A stretch of DNA of 64,000 nt, taken from a candidate division FCPU426 bacterium. Its GTDB lineage: Bacteria; Oederibacteriota; JAAXVQ01; JAUVAV01. The notes under the pieces are model-generated. The model was not told the origin of the DNA and did not search any database. It saw only the letters and a list, made by a program, of their open reading frames with translations. This document shows positions 1 through 9,157 of the stretch, piece by piece; position 1 is the stretch's first letter; the number at the start of each line of letters is the position of its first letter. The stretch covers positions 190,526-254,525 of the forward strand of contig JBFLYH010000002.1 in assembly GCA_040756875.1 (NCBI GenBank), written 5' to 3'. Position numbers and translations under genes: made by a program.

Positions 1-2
1 TC

Positions 3-518
3 CGGGAGAACGGCGGGCAGTACACCCACGCCGCGGTTTGGGCGGTCATGGCCAAGGCCGCGTTGGGAGAGGGGCAAAAAGCCTGGGAATGGTTCGCCGG
101 ACTCAATCCCATCCGGCACGCCGGAACACCCGAACAGATGGCCAGATACCAGACCGAGCCGTATGTGATGGCCGGGGATGTGCATTCCCGGCCTCCCCAC
201 ACCGGCCAGGGCGGCTGGACCTGGTATACCGGGTCAGCCGGCTGGATGTATCAGTGTGTCCTGGAATCCCTGCTGGGGCTTAAACTGGCGGTGGACAAGC
301 TCAGCTTTGCTCCGTGCTGGCCGGAGGGCTGGGAGTCGTTCAAGGTTCATTACCGTTTTCGCGAGACCCTGCACCATATTACCGTGATCAAAACGGCTGC
401 TGCCGCTGACCAGGTGACCGTGGACAGCCGGGAGCGGCCCGAGCCCTTTCTGCGCCTGGCGGACGACCGGCAGGAACACTGGGTGGAATACCGCTGCGGG
501 GCGGAAAAAGGAGCTTGA
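3..518 (+). CDS. GH94 glycoside phosphorylase / cyclic beta-1,2-glucan synthase (NdvB-like) C-terminus, 5'-truncated by the window
   Basis: Frame open from base 3: RENGGQYTHAAVW...YQTEPYVMAGDV...GGWTWYTGSAGWMY, the GH94 catalytic-domain signature. Confidence 0.9.
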   Translation, partial: RENGGQYTHAAVWAVMAKAALGEGQKAWEWFAGLNPIRHAGTPEQMARYQTEPYVMAGDVHSRPPHTGQGGWTWYTGSAGWMYQCVLESLLGLKLAVDKLSFAPCWPEGWESFKVHYRFRETLHHITVIKTAAAADQVTVDSRERPEPFLRLADDRQEHWVEYRCGAEKGA

Positions 519-596
519 GCGGCTTCGGCGGGCGGAGCGCGGAGAAAAAACGGCCTCGGCGATCGTGCCGGCGAAACGGAAGCCAGCCGCCTGATT

Positions 597-1631
597 TCAT
601 TCGTACTTCGGCTTGGTCATTTTAAAGATATTGCTTCTGATCGCAAAGTAAATGTACTTGTCGTCCACTGTCATGCAACGGCACCTCTGATCCTTCGTGT
701 CTTCCACCAGCTTAATGCTGTCAGCACCGGTTTTCTTGAACCACACCCCGGACGTGGCCGAAACATACACCTGTTCCTCATCACAGGCAATACTATTGGC
801 ATAAATGTCCGCGTCGCCGAACTGGGAAAACGTCGGGATCGGATAAGAGATTATCTTTTTATCCTCCAATCGAACCTCAACTAATTCGTCATTACCCACG
901 CTCTTGGTATCGGCATAGTAAAAAGCCTTTTCATTGCCGGACATCGAGTAACACAAATAAATGCTTCCAAGGGTATAGATATCTGCAATATCCCGTTCTT
1001 TATCGCGCATATAGACCGTCGATCCTGCCGACCAATAAATGGTGTTTTCATCGACCCAAAGGGGCGCATCAATAAACGGCATATTGCCTACGATGCTGAT
1101 AATATCCCCGCCGGCTTTGGGGACCTTTATCAGGCTCATACTGACAACGCAATATACATTGTCATCATCAACGGTCAGTTTCGTGGGTATTTTGACATTA
1201 AGCTTTGTGTCGGCCGTATCCGCAAATTCGCTTGTTTCACCGCCGGATATCGGCATTTCGTAGATTTTCGTACTGTCATAATGCGTAAAGTATATTTTAT
1301 CGACATCCATGGCAAATCCTTTGATGGTTGCCGCAGATGACACTAGCGCTTCCAATTTCCCGCCATTCACACTCATGCGGGCTATATGCGATCGCAGAAT
1401 GACATAGAGATATTCTCCGCGGACATATAGTTGGTGGATTTCTTCAGGTGACTGACCGATGATCTTCGGATAACGGTACTTGTCTTTGGGTTTACCAGTC
1501 TTCGCCTTTGCATCACCCGCTGTTTTCCCTGCCCCGGCTTGGCTGGTTGCAGCCAGCGCGGGGATCGCGTGCATTGAAATCAAGCCCATTAAAACTACAA
1601 TCAGCCCTGCCAGTTTCCACACTCTGTTCAT
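597..1631 (-). CDS. secreted beta-propeller protein (DUF5050-like)
   Basis: Signal peptide MNRVWKLAGLIVVLMGLISMHAIPALA; repeated blade motifs DVDKIYF, DDDNVY, DENTIYW, DEEQVY, DDKYIYF; GGAGG upstream of ATG 1631. Confidence 0.65.
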   Translation of the reverse strand: MNRVWKLAGLIVVLMGLISMHAIPALAATSQAGAGKTAGDAKAKTGKPKDKYRYPKIIGQSPEEIHQLYVRGEYLYVILRSHIARMSVNGGKLEALVSSAATIKGFAMDVDKIYFTHYDSTKIYEMPISGGETSEFADTADTKLNVKIPTKLTVDDDNVYCVVSMSLIKVPKAGGDIISIVGNMPFIDAPLWVDENTIYWSAGSTVYMRDKERDIADIYTLGSIYLCYSMSGNEKAFYYADTKSVGNDELVEVRLEDKKIISYPIPTFSQFGDADIYANSIACDEEQVYVSATSGVWFKKTGADSIKLVEDTKDQRCRCMTVDDKYIYFAIRSNIFKMTKPKYE

Positions 1632-1751
1632 GTCAGCCTCCTGGTTTGGCAACCGCGTAGTTGTCTTTGGTTGCTAATCCCTTAGACTGGCAGGCAGGTT
1701 TTTCTATGCGGATTATTTTGTGGGGGATTTAGGGCGCGAGACGTTTCCGCT

Positions 1752-2579
1752 TTACGCTGATAAAAGGGCGATTTCCTCGGCGAACTTGGCGTTTAGCGCG
1801 CTGACCAGGTCGTCCTGATCGCCTGGCGGATACAAGGCAGCCGCTGCCATGGCCGCGAGTTCATGGGGCGAAAAGCCGGCCTCGATTCCAGCCTGTTTGG
1901 CCAGGCTGTCAGCCGCCCTGACCAGGCGCACCAGGGCGTCCTGCGCCGAGGGATCGTGGTGCTGGCGGACGACGTTCACCATGCTGTCCGGCAGCCGCCA
2001 GCGCGAGGCGATTTGCTCGCCCAGTTCGACGTGGTCCACCCGGGCGATCTTTCGCTCGGCCTCCGGAACAGTCAGGGCCCCGGCTTCCACGGCTTCGGCG
2101 ATCAGGCGGCGATAAGCGGCAAAACCCAGGGACCGGGCGATAAGGATCTTGCCGATGTCGTGGATGATGGCGGACGCAAAAGCCCCGGCAGGGATGGCGG
2201 GGTGGTAGCGCTGGCCGATCAGGTCGGCGGCCACGGCCGTGGCCACGCTGTGGCGCCAGATGTCGTTTTCCGCGGGATCGATGCCGCCGACCAGCTTGCG
2301 CACATTGGCCTGCAAATGGAAGGCAAAGGACAATTGCATGATATTGCGGGTCCCCAGGCGGACGACCGCATCGTGGACCGAGGTGATGCGCTCCGCGCTT
2401 TGGCTGTAGGCTGAATTCGCCCAGCGCAGGACGCTGGCAGTCAGGATGGGGTCCAGGGCAATCACCCTGGCGTAGGACTTGATGTCCGCGTTCGGGTCTT
2501 CCAACAGATTGGCCAACTGCAGCATGGACATGGGCAGCGGCGGCAGGCTGATGATGTCTGAGGTTTTTATTTCGGCCAT
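1752..2579 (-). CDS. HDOD domain protein
   Basis: LPPLP, DPILTASVLRWANS, WRHSVATA, HDIGK, DHVELG..WRLP..HH motifs. Confidence 0.9.
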   Translation of the reverse strand: MAEIKTSDIISLPPLPMSMLQLANLLEDPNADIKSYARVIALDPILTASVLRWANSAYSQSAERITSVHDAVVRLGTRNIMQLSFAFHLQANVRKLVGGIDPAENDIWRHSVATAVAADLIGQRYHPAIPAGAFASAIIHDIGKILIARSLGFAAYRRLIAEAVEAGALTVPEAERKIARVDHVELGEQIASRWRLPDSMVNVVRQHHDPSAQDALVRLVRAADSLAKQAGIEAGFSPHELAAMAAAALYPPGDQDDLVSALNAKFAEEIALLSA

Positions 2580-2623
2580 AACGCTTTTCCGCCCTCTGGA
2601 CTGAATAAGGAAGCTTTAGCAGA

Positions 2624-2651
2624 GTATCGGCGGAAAAGCAGGGAGAAATTA
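2624..2651 (-). promoter_or_regulatory. putative sigma-28 (FliA/SigD)-type promoter
   Basis: TAAT-N16-GCCGATAC on minus strand about 45 nt upstream of the HDOD start. Confidence 0.45.
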
Positions 2652-2704
2652 CACGAATTCTTTCATCGCTCCTGCCGGCAGGGCGAGGGAAAGAGCCGCC
2701 CCGT

Positions 2705-4834
2705 TCACCTGACCACGGCGAATTTGGCCGTGCAGTGCTTGCCCCCGGTCAGGAAGACGTGGGCCAGATAGACGCCGGTTGCGGCTTGGCTGCAATCCCA
2801 CGTTAAAACCAGGGTTTCCCCTGCCGCCACCCCGCTGAGGCTCGCCGCTTTGTCCCCGGCCACATTGTAAATGTCTATTTTCACTTCGCCCGGGGCCCGC
2901 AGTTTCACCAGGAACGCGGCTTGATTCTGCGCGGGGTTCGGGTAAACCAGCGCGGTATCCGCCGGAATGTCCATGGCCTTGGTGGGCAGGGGCGTGCTCG
3001 TGGTGGTCGGGCTGACAGTCGAGGTCGGGCTGATCGTCGATGTGGGGCTGATGGTCGAAGTCAGCGTAATGGTGGGCGAGGGCGTAATGGTCCGCGTGAC
3101 CGTGCGCGTCAGCGTGATGGTCGGCGTGGGCGAGATCGTGGCAGAAGGCGTGCGGGTCGGCGAGATGGTCGCGGTTGGCGATATGGTGGGAGTCGGGCTA
3201 ATGGTAGGCGTCAGGGTAATGGTCCGGGTGCTGGTCGCAGAGGGAAGGACGCCGCCATACTCATACGCGCCGATGTCCCACGCCGTGCTCTGGGGGCGCG
3301 TGACCCCGTCAAAATCCGTGGTAAACAGGGAGCTGAGATCCGTTCCGCCGTTGACCGCGTTGGCTGTCGCCTTAAGATGGAAATTGTAGGCCGACGAATC
3401 CACGAACGGGTCGGACGTCTCTGTATCAACCGGGTCGTACGGCCCGTAGATATTGTTGTAGTAGCCGGTATTGGTCATAGGCGGCCACAGGGTCCGGGTA
3501 TCCGTGAAATAGCCGTTCACCCAAATATTGTTTCTCGCGATGGTGCCGGTCGCATCCGAGGGCGTGACAATATTAATGGCCGCCTTCCCGATGTTATAGA
3601 ACGTGTTGTTGTCCATTTCCGCATAGGTAATCGAATTCCCGGCCGAGGAATAAATGGAGGTCGCCAGAAAATAGGCTGAGCGGCAAGGCACATAAAAGTA
3701 GAATTCGTCTCCTGCCTCGTTGAGCGCCCCGCCGGACATGCCGCCGGCTATGGCGAGGGTGGTCGTGCCGACCGAGGTAATGACGCCGGTGGCGCCTTTG
3801 GTGACATTGGTCAGCGTCCGGCCCAGCAGGTCCTCGTAATTGGAGAACATCCGGTACAATTGCGCAATGCTCGTGGCGGTTCCGGTGTCCGCCAGGCCGT
3901 AGACAATGCCGTCGCCGTTGTCGCTGTAGAAGATGTTGTTGTAAACCCTGATGTAGGTCGTGGTCACGCCGCCGAGGATCGAAATAAACGCCTGGCCGGT
4001 GGCATTGCGGAAGATGTTGTTCCTGAAGATCCCGTAGCTCAGCGGCCGCATGTAGAACTGGATCGTCTGGCCGTGGACATTGGGATACCGCATCCCCACT
4101 CCCCCGTTCCTTTCGATGACATTGTTTTCGATCAGGAGACCGTAATCAGAATAACTGGTCCCTTCGATGGTGCCCAGAGTGATCCCGTTTCTCGGGATTT
4201 CATGGATCCAGCAGTATTGAATGGTAAAGCCTTTCGAGCCGGCAATGGCCGAGTTCCAGTAAATGCCGTCGCCGCCCGTGGAGCCGTAATCAAATCCCGG
4301 CCCCTGGACGTCCAAATGGCGGAAAAGCCTGGGGCTGGCCGTGCCGGACGAAAGGGCAATGACCGCATTGAACCCTGTCCGGTCGCTGTCGAGGTGGATT
4401 TTGATCCCATGCCCCGTGGTCCCCGAGCCGGTCACGCCGTCAATTTCGACATATCCATTGTAGATCGACAAACGGCCGTTGATGACCGCCTGGTCCGCGG
4501 CGTAGGCCGCATTCCAGTCCGGATCGCTGCCATTGTCAGCGGCATTGGCTTTTTTAATGATGATCCAACTGGCGCCGGATTCAGAGGTGGGGATGAGCAC
4601 ATCTCCGTTGTAAGTTCCGCCGGCCAGATAATAGGTGTCGCCCCGGGTCCAGGTGACCGAGCTGAACGTCGTCCAGGCATTGGTCCAGCTGGAGCCATTG
4701 TTGCTGCCGCCGGCAGCAGCGCGGATATAATGGGTGGCCCCAAAAGCAGGCACATTCAGCAAAAGGATGGCAGACAGAACGATTAGTGTGCGGAATTGAG
4801 AAACCGGGAAACCGGGCGATTGAAAGCTCATCAT
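2705..4834 (-). CDS. secreted beta-helix protein with choice-of-anchor-Q-like motif, Thr/Pro/Ser linker and T9SS-like C-terminal sorting domain
   Basis: Signal peptide; NNGSSWTNAW start; NNIF/NNTF repeats; DFDGVTRPQ..WDIGAYEY; (TISPT)n linker; YPNPA..IYNVAG..WD..ATGVYL. Confidence 0.8.
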   Translation of the reverse strand: MMSFQSPGFPVSQFRTLIVLSAILLLNVPAFGATHYIRAAAGGSNNGSSWTNAWTTFSSVTWTRGDTYYLAGGTYNGDVLIPTSESGASWIIIKKANAADNGSDPDWNAAYAADQAVINGRLSIYNGYVEIDGVTGSGTTGHGIKIHLDSDRTGFNAVIALSSGTASPRLFRHLDVQGPGFDYGSTGGDGIYWNSAIAGSKGFTIQYCWIHEIPRNGITLGTIEGTSYSDYGLLIENNVIERNGGVGMRYPNVHGQTIQFYMRPLSYGIFRNNIFRNATGQAFISILGGVTTTYIRVYNNIFYSDNGDGIVYGLADTGTATSIAQLYRMFSNYEDLLGRTLTNVTKGATGVITSVGTTTLAIAGGMSGGALNEAGDEFYFYVPCRSAYFLATSIYSSAGNSITYAEMDNNTFYNIGKAAINIVTPSDATGTIARNNIWVNGYFTDTRTLWPPMTNTGYYNNIYGPYDPVDTETSDPFVDSSAYNFHLKATANAVNGGTDLSSLFTTDFDGVTRPQSTAWDIGAYEYGGVLPSATSTRTITLTPTISPTPTISPTATISPTRTPSATISPTPTITLTRTVTRTITPSPTITLTSTISPTSTISPTSTVSPTTTSTPLPTKAMDIPADTALVYPNPAQNQAAFLVKLRAPGEVKIDIYNVAGDKAASLSGVAAGETLVLTWDCSQAATGVYLAHVFLTGGKHCTAKFAVVR
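2990..3240 (-). repeat. imperfect in-frame 18-nt repeats encoding the Thr/Pro/Ser linker
   Basis: TISPTP/TISPTA/TITLTR hexapeptide periodicity. Confidence 0.8.
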
Positions 4835-5037
4835 TCCAACCCCCTTAGGGTGATTACTTTTAAGTATATCTTATATATTTTATCCAAGAGGCTAAAAATG
4901 ACGTGGAAGTGGGGAGATTATTTCAATGCGCGCAGAGCTTGAATAAAGAAAGCAACGAGGGAGTTAATTGGGATTTCCAAACGCGCCCCCATTCATTTAA
5001 TCGCCCCCTGCGCGTGTGTGAGGGCCAGGGTGTTTCA

Positions 5038-5319
5038 TTATGAAAAAGTACGGTTTGAATAAAGCTCCCTTTTCAGCATCTCTGCAATATATATTTTGAC
5101 CAGCGACTGATAGGGAACGTCTTTTTTATTGGCCAGCATTTTCAACTCGGCCAGCATGATCTCCGGCAAGCGGAGAGATATTGTCTTGCTTGAAGGCTTT
5201 AAATTCGGGAATACAACCTTCCGGCCTTTTTTCCAATTGATATACCGGGTCGAGTCCGCTTTCGACCAAAATTCCCTTTCTTGGTCTTCCTGGTTAAAGT
5301 GCTTGGCTTTCTTTTTCAT
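5038..5319 (-). CDS. brnA: BrnA/CopG-like antitoxin
   Basis: EREFW N-terminus and RHH-like TISLRLPE..LK..A....PYQSL; overlaps toxin stop (ATGA). Confidence 0.8.
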   Translation of the reverse strand: MKKKAKHFNQEDQEREFWSKADSTRYINWKKGRKVVFPNLKPSSKTISLRLPEIMLAELKMLANKKDVPYQSLVKIYIAEMLKRELYSNRTFS

Positions 5320-5621
5320 GACGCGCGATATTCCTTTCTTTCGTTTCTGTTCATATTCCGCGCTGAAATGACTCGTAATTTCCTGCCGCGAATCGTGAAT
5401 ACGACAAACAGCAGCCGTTTTTCATCGGTTTTCCCCAGCGCATAATAGCGTTTTTCCTGACCCGAATGGTTTTCATCGTCCGTCACCACCAGCGGCTCGT
5501 TGAAAAATACCTGCTCACATTCAATAGGTTTTACTCCGTGCTTCTGCCAATTCTTTTCAAAATTGCCTTGATCCCATTCAAATTCCGTACAATCCAGCAG
5601 AATGTCGTATTTGTCTGCCAT
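5316..5621 (-). CDS. brnT: BrnT family toxin
   Basis: FEWDQGNFEKNWQKHGV..E.R...LG..LLFVVFT.R..RVISAR. Confidence 0.9.
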   Translation of the reverse strand: MADKYDILLDCTEFEWDQGNFEKNWQKHGVKPIECEQVFFNEPLVVTDDENHSGQEKRYYALGKTDEKRLLFVVFTIRGRKLRVISARNMNRNERKEYRAS

Positions 5622-5627
5622 GGTCTT

Positions 5628-5656
5628 AGTATATTCCTCCCATATACAGTTGTCAA
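5628..5656 (-). promoter_or_regulatory. sigma70 promoter of brnTA (probably leaderless)
   Basis: TTGACA-N17-TATACT, 6 nt before ATG 5621. Confidence 0.7.
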
Positions 5657-5822
5657 CCCGGGACAATCCCTTTCAATTACCCTCTTCGCCAAAGGTTGTT
5701 TATGGGATTAGACGGAGCACACACGTTTTTCATGCGTTTTTCCATTGCCCTTACGGGGGAGACCGGGGCTTAACGGCTATTTAACCGTGTTTTGTTTTTT
5801 TCGAAGGGAGAGGGTGGAAAGT

Positions 5823-5873
5823 CATTTTTACATTCGAACAACGTCCCGGTTCACATCTATACATCCCCGTTCA
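5823..5873 (-). repeat. AACCGGGACGT motif copy (plus degenerate tandem copy) downstream of the antidote gene
   Basis: plus strand catttttacattcgaacaacgtcccggttca followed by acatccccgttca. Confidence 0.75.
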
Positions 5874-5893
5874 GAGGGGCGCGTTTTGTGAGC

Positions 5894-6229
5894 CTATGCC
5901 GCATGGATTATTTTTGCAGATTTATTTTTATCGATGGTGAATGTCAGATTCATCCCCAGACAGCGAATGATTTTAAGGATGCTGCCGAGACTAGGATTCC
6001 CTTTTTTTGACGTTATATGATACAGGTTGTTTCTCGACATTTTGCAACTCTTCGCAAGTTCGGTCATATTGCCATGCGCCTGGGCGACGTTTCTCAAGGC
6101 AATACAAAGCACTTTTTGATCCCCGCCTGCCAAGGCGGCATTTAAATACTCCGCCGCCGCTTCCGGGTCCTTAAGGTAGTTGACCAGGTCTTTTTGAAAA
6201 CCAGCCTTATACGGCTTCAATGATTTCAC
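5894..6229 (-). CDS. addiction-module antidote, HigA-like HTH (HI1420/TIGR02684-type)
   Basis: YLKDPEAAAEYLNAAL..ALRNVAQAHG.MTELA..SRNNLY..GNPSL. Confidence 0.85.
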   Translation of the reverse strand: MKSLKPYKAGFQKDLVNYLKDPEAAAEYLNAALAGGDQKVLCIALRNVAQAHGNMTELAKSCKMSRNNLYHITSKKGNPSLGSILKIIRCLGMNLTFTIDKNKSAKIIHAA

Positions 6230-6243
6230 GAAAGCACCTCTTA

Positions 6244-6576
6244 TTAATCGTTGATTCTATCTTTATAATCACGCCAATATTCACCCGCAGTTTCAATATC
6301 CTTCTTCTGCGTTTTCTTGTTCCCTCCGCAGAGCAGGAGAATGATCGCCTTGCCGGTATGGGCGTAATAAATTCGATATCCAGGCCCGAAATCTATCCTC
6401 AACTCGCATACTCCCCGGCCCAGCGCTTTGTAATCCCCGGGATTTCCGACGCTCAATCGGTTTAAGCGTTCAATAACGATGCTTTTAGTCTTTTTCTCCA
6501 GGGACCCGCAATATAACCAATCGCGAAAAGGCAATCTCCCGTCCGGGGTTTGGTAATAAAGAAGTTGTTTTTCCAT
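6244..6576 (-). CDS. RelE/HigB-like addiction-module killer protein (TIGR02683-type)
   Basis: G..PF.DWL..GNPGDYK.LG.GV.ELRIDFGPGYRIYY..LLLCGG.K.TQ.KDI. Confidence 0.9.
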   Translation of the reverse strand: MEKQLLYYQTPDGRLPFRDWLYCGSLEKKTKSIVIERLNRLSVGNPGDYKALGRGVCELRIDFGPGYRIYYAHTGKAIILLLCGGNKKTQKKDIETAGEYWRDYKDRIND

Positions 6577-6594
6577 GCAAGCGATTACCTCTTA

Positions 6595-6623
6595 ATTGTA
6601 TTATATATATTACACTCAGTCAA
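6595..6623 (-). promoter_or_regulatory. sigma70 promoter with overlapping palindromic operator
   Basis: TTGACT-N17-TACAAT; TGTA-N10-TACA imperfect palindrome overlapping the -10 and spacer. Confidence 0.65.
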
Positions 6624-6751
6624 GCTACCTTCCGAGGCTTGTTATTTGTATTTGACTTGTCTGCCGATTATTTAATGCGGGTAAAGTGGGGTTATTTTGA
6701 CAAGGAATTGGTACGCGCAGGATGTCGTGGCTGGCACCGGGTTAGTACAGT

Positions 6752-6783
6752 CATTTTGACATTTAAACAACGTCCCGGTTCAT
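6752..6783 (-). repeat. AACCGGGACGT motif copy abutting the oxidoreductase stop codon
   Basis: cattttgacatttaaacaacgtcccggttcat, ending at the base next to the TAA. Confidence 0.8.
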
Positions 6784-7737
6784 TTATGAGTGGCTTATGG
6801 TAATAGCCACCCCTCCGGTTTTATGCCCTTCCTCAACATATTTATGTGCTTCGACTATTTTTTCGAGAGGATACGTTTTGTCGATGATGGGTCTGATTTT
6901 TCCCGCTTCGATCAATTGTGTTATAAAATCCAACCGCTTTGAATTTAACTTCAAGGCACCATCATCAATGGATATATACTTTCCTTTTTCAGTTAGCGCC
7001 TTTTTGCAGGCTTCTTTAAGCTTCGAGGTTCTATATTTACCCACCGAGTCCAAAATATAATCATATTTGACATTCGCCGCTAAAGAATCCGTGGTTGTAT
7101 AGTCCATTACATAATCTGCTCCGAGTGATTTAACTAAAGCCAGGTTTTTTCCGCTGCAAACACCCGTTACCTTAGCCCCTAAATATTTCCCATACTGTAT
7201 GGCGATGGTACCCGATGTGCCTGAAGCTCCATAAATTAGTATGCTTTGGCCTTTTTCAATATGACCCATATCCATGTATTGCAGAGCTAAAGAACCGCCG
7301 TACACTGCTGAAGTTGCTTCTTCAAACGATATATTTTTAGGTTTAATAGCCACACACCCCGTAGTGGAATCCGTCTCTTTTATGCAGGTGTACTCGGCAT
7401 ACGCGCCCAAATTAAATCCAGTCATTCCATAGACCTCATCGCCGGGTGAAAACCGCTTGATAGCCCTGCCGACTTTTTTTACTATACCCGAAAATACCAG
7501 ACCTATAATCGGCTTTCGCGGCTTGAAAATACCGATCATTAATCGAAACGGAATGATGATGGGAAAGGGCATTTTGGAGCTTCGTATAAATATATCGCTG
7601 TTGGTTACAGCAGAGGCTTTAATATTTATGAGCAGTTCATTATCTTTAGGCGAAGGTATTTCTACTTCAGCCAGATGAAGCACCTCGGCTGGACCGTATT
7701 GATTGCAAACCACCGCTTTCATTTTATTAACATCCAT
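6784..7737 (-). CDS. NAD(P)-dependent MDR-family oxidoreductase (zinc-independent, quinone-reductase-like)
   Basis: MKAVVCNQYG, GAYAEY, ILIYGASGTSG, IDKTYPLE..AHKYVE.GH. Confidence 0.85.
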   Translation of the reverse strand: MDVNKMKAVVCNQYGPAEVLHLAEVEIPSPKDNELLINIKASAVTNSDIFIRSSKMPFPIIIPFRLMIGIFKPRKPIIGLVFSGIVKKVGRAIKRFSPGDEVYGMTGFNLGAYAEYTCIKETDSTTGCVAIKPKNISFEEATSAVYGGSLALQYMDMGHIEKGQSILIYGASGTSGTIAIQYGKYLGAKVTGVCSGKNLALVKSLGADYVMDYTTTDSLAANVKYDYILDSVGKYRTSKLKEACKKALTEKGKYISIDDGALKLNSKRLDFITQLIEAGKIRPIIDKTYPLEKIVEAHKYVEEGHKTGGVAITISHS

Positions 7738-7838
7738 ATATGGCTCCTTGGTGCAGGTTTTACGCAGGCCGCAGCAGCGGCGGACCCCACAGGTAGCTGT
7801 TTCGTTAAATAGGTGACTGGCACCATTTATCCGGGCAA

Positions 7839-7917
7839 CATTTTGACATTTAAACTACGTCCCGGTTTTTTTTAAACAACATCCCGGTTTAGTTCCGGTT
7901 TACCGGTTCATTCCGGC
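7839..7917 (-). repeat. cluster of full and staggered partial AACCGG(GACGT) motif copies
   Basis: cattttgacatttaaactacgtcccggtt, taaacaacatcccggtt, ttccggtt, accggttca, ttccgg. Confidence 0.75.
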
Positions 7918-8670
7918 TCAAAAAGTCGCGGTCACGCCGATCACAGCGTAGTGAATCGCAGCAAAGCTGTAAACCTCCGCATTGTCCCCGCCTCCCTCCA
8001 CAAACCGGTACCCCAGCTTTAAACGCCAATGCTCGTCCGCTTGATATGTCGTGGCCAGCAATACATCCTCAGCGCGGCCTTGGGGCGCAGCCAGGGCTTC
8101 GGCCTCCAGGAGCAAGCCCCAGGGATGGGCAAACGTCCAGTCCGCGCGCAGATAAACCAAAGGGACAAATCCCACGTTCGTTTTGCTCGCCTTGGTGCCG
8201 TTGCCTTCCAAGCTGATCTCCGCATCGCGGATTTTGGCCGTCAAGCCGATATACGCCCGGGCTTGGGGTTCATGCCAGCAACGGTAGCGGTAGGTCAGGC
8301 GGTAGGAGTTAAAGCGGTAGAGCGCTTGCAACCGCGTGCCGGCTGGAAACCGCTGGCCGGCAAAATCGACCGGCGCCGAGATCTCGCCTTCGCCGCGCAA
8401 GCTCAACGGCGCTGCCAGCGCGCCCAGGGCCTGCGTTTCGGTAAAAGCGTAAAACAGCCGGATGCGGTAAAACGGCGACGGGGCGATTGCAAATGCATCT
8501 GACAGGGATATCTGCGTGCCGGTTTCGCCCGGAATGCGCGCAATGTTATATCCGCTATTTACGCGCCCGGTTTCCAGATCGCCTTCCCAGCTGCCGGCCC
8601 AGGCCTGGAGCGGCGCTCCCATCAGCATTCCGCACAAGATGACGATTGCATCCACCTTGATCATCCGCAT
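7918..8670 (-). CDS. putative outer-membrane beta-barrel protein
   Basis: Signal peptide ending AWA; alternating beta-strand pattern; C-terminal Phe (VIGVTATF). Confidence 0.6.
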   Translation of the reverse strand: MRMIKVDAIVILCGMLMGAPLQAWAGSWEGDLETGRVNSGYNIARIPGETGTQISLSDAFAIAPSPFYRIRLFYAFTETQALGALAAPLSLRGEGEISAPVDFAGQRFPAGTRLQALYRFNSYRLTYRYRCWHEPQARAYIGLTAKIRDAEISLEGNGTKASKTNVGFVPLVYLRADWTFAHPWGLLLEAEALAAPQGRAEDVLLATTYQADEHWRLKLGYRFVEGGGDNAEVYSFAAIHYAVIGVTATF

Positions 8671-8821
8671 GGTTCCACCTCGCTTTGCGGGCTGCAACCC
8701 GCAACTCAGGATCATGATTTGTTATAGATTATTAACGTTAGCCCAATGGTTGGCAATGATTTTCCGCGCCACCCGCGCCTATCCGTACGTGCAGCGGAGG
8801 GATTAAAAGTCACTTTAAGCT

Positions 8822-9120
8822 CAGTTGAGTCTTTTCTAACACTCCTCACTCATTTTAAACCTCGAATGAAGTATTTGTAATTGAAGCTGCTCTGATGGGG
8901 ATAAAGGCGAGGGCGTCATCCGGACATTCGAACAACATTCCGGTTCATGTGATTTTAATACTTATATACTTATCTACGTCCCAGTTCACACCACAGTTGA
9001 GTCTTTTCCAACACTACTCACTCATTTTAAACTTCGAATGGAGAATTTATAATTGAAGCTGCTCTGATGGGGATAAAGGCGAGGGCGTCATCCGGACATT
9101 CGAACAACATTCTGGTTCAT
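8822..9120. repeat. 127-bp direct repeat, two copies (8822-8948 and 8994-9120)
   Basis: Near-identical cagttgagtctttt...gaacaacatt(c/t)ggttcat, period 172 nt. Confidence 0.95.
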
Positions 9121-9157
9121 TAAGTTAATAAGTCAACTCCGGCCCCGATCACCGTCT

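Noticed and set aside
2967-3389. Val/Gly-rich plus-strand ORF (also 30030-30269)
   Set aside because: Antisense shadow of the Thr/Pro linker repeats.
6752-6783. dif/pdif (XerCD) site
   Set aside because: ATGTCAAAAT loosely recalls a XerD arm, but the 11-6-11 layout with a TTAT/ATAA core is missing.
8822-9120. CRISPR array or hammerhead ribozyme in the duplicated unit
   Set aside because: Only two 127-bp copies and no cas genes. CTGATGG does not match the hammerhead CUGANGA core and no GAAA with suitable stems follows.
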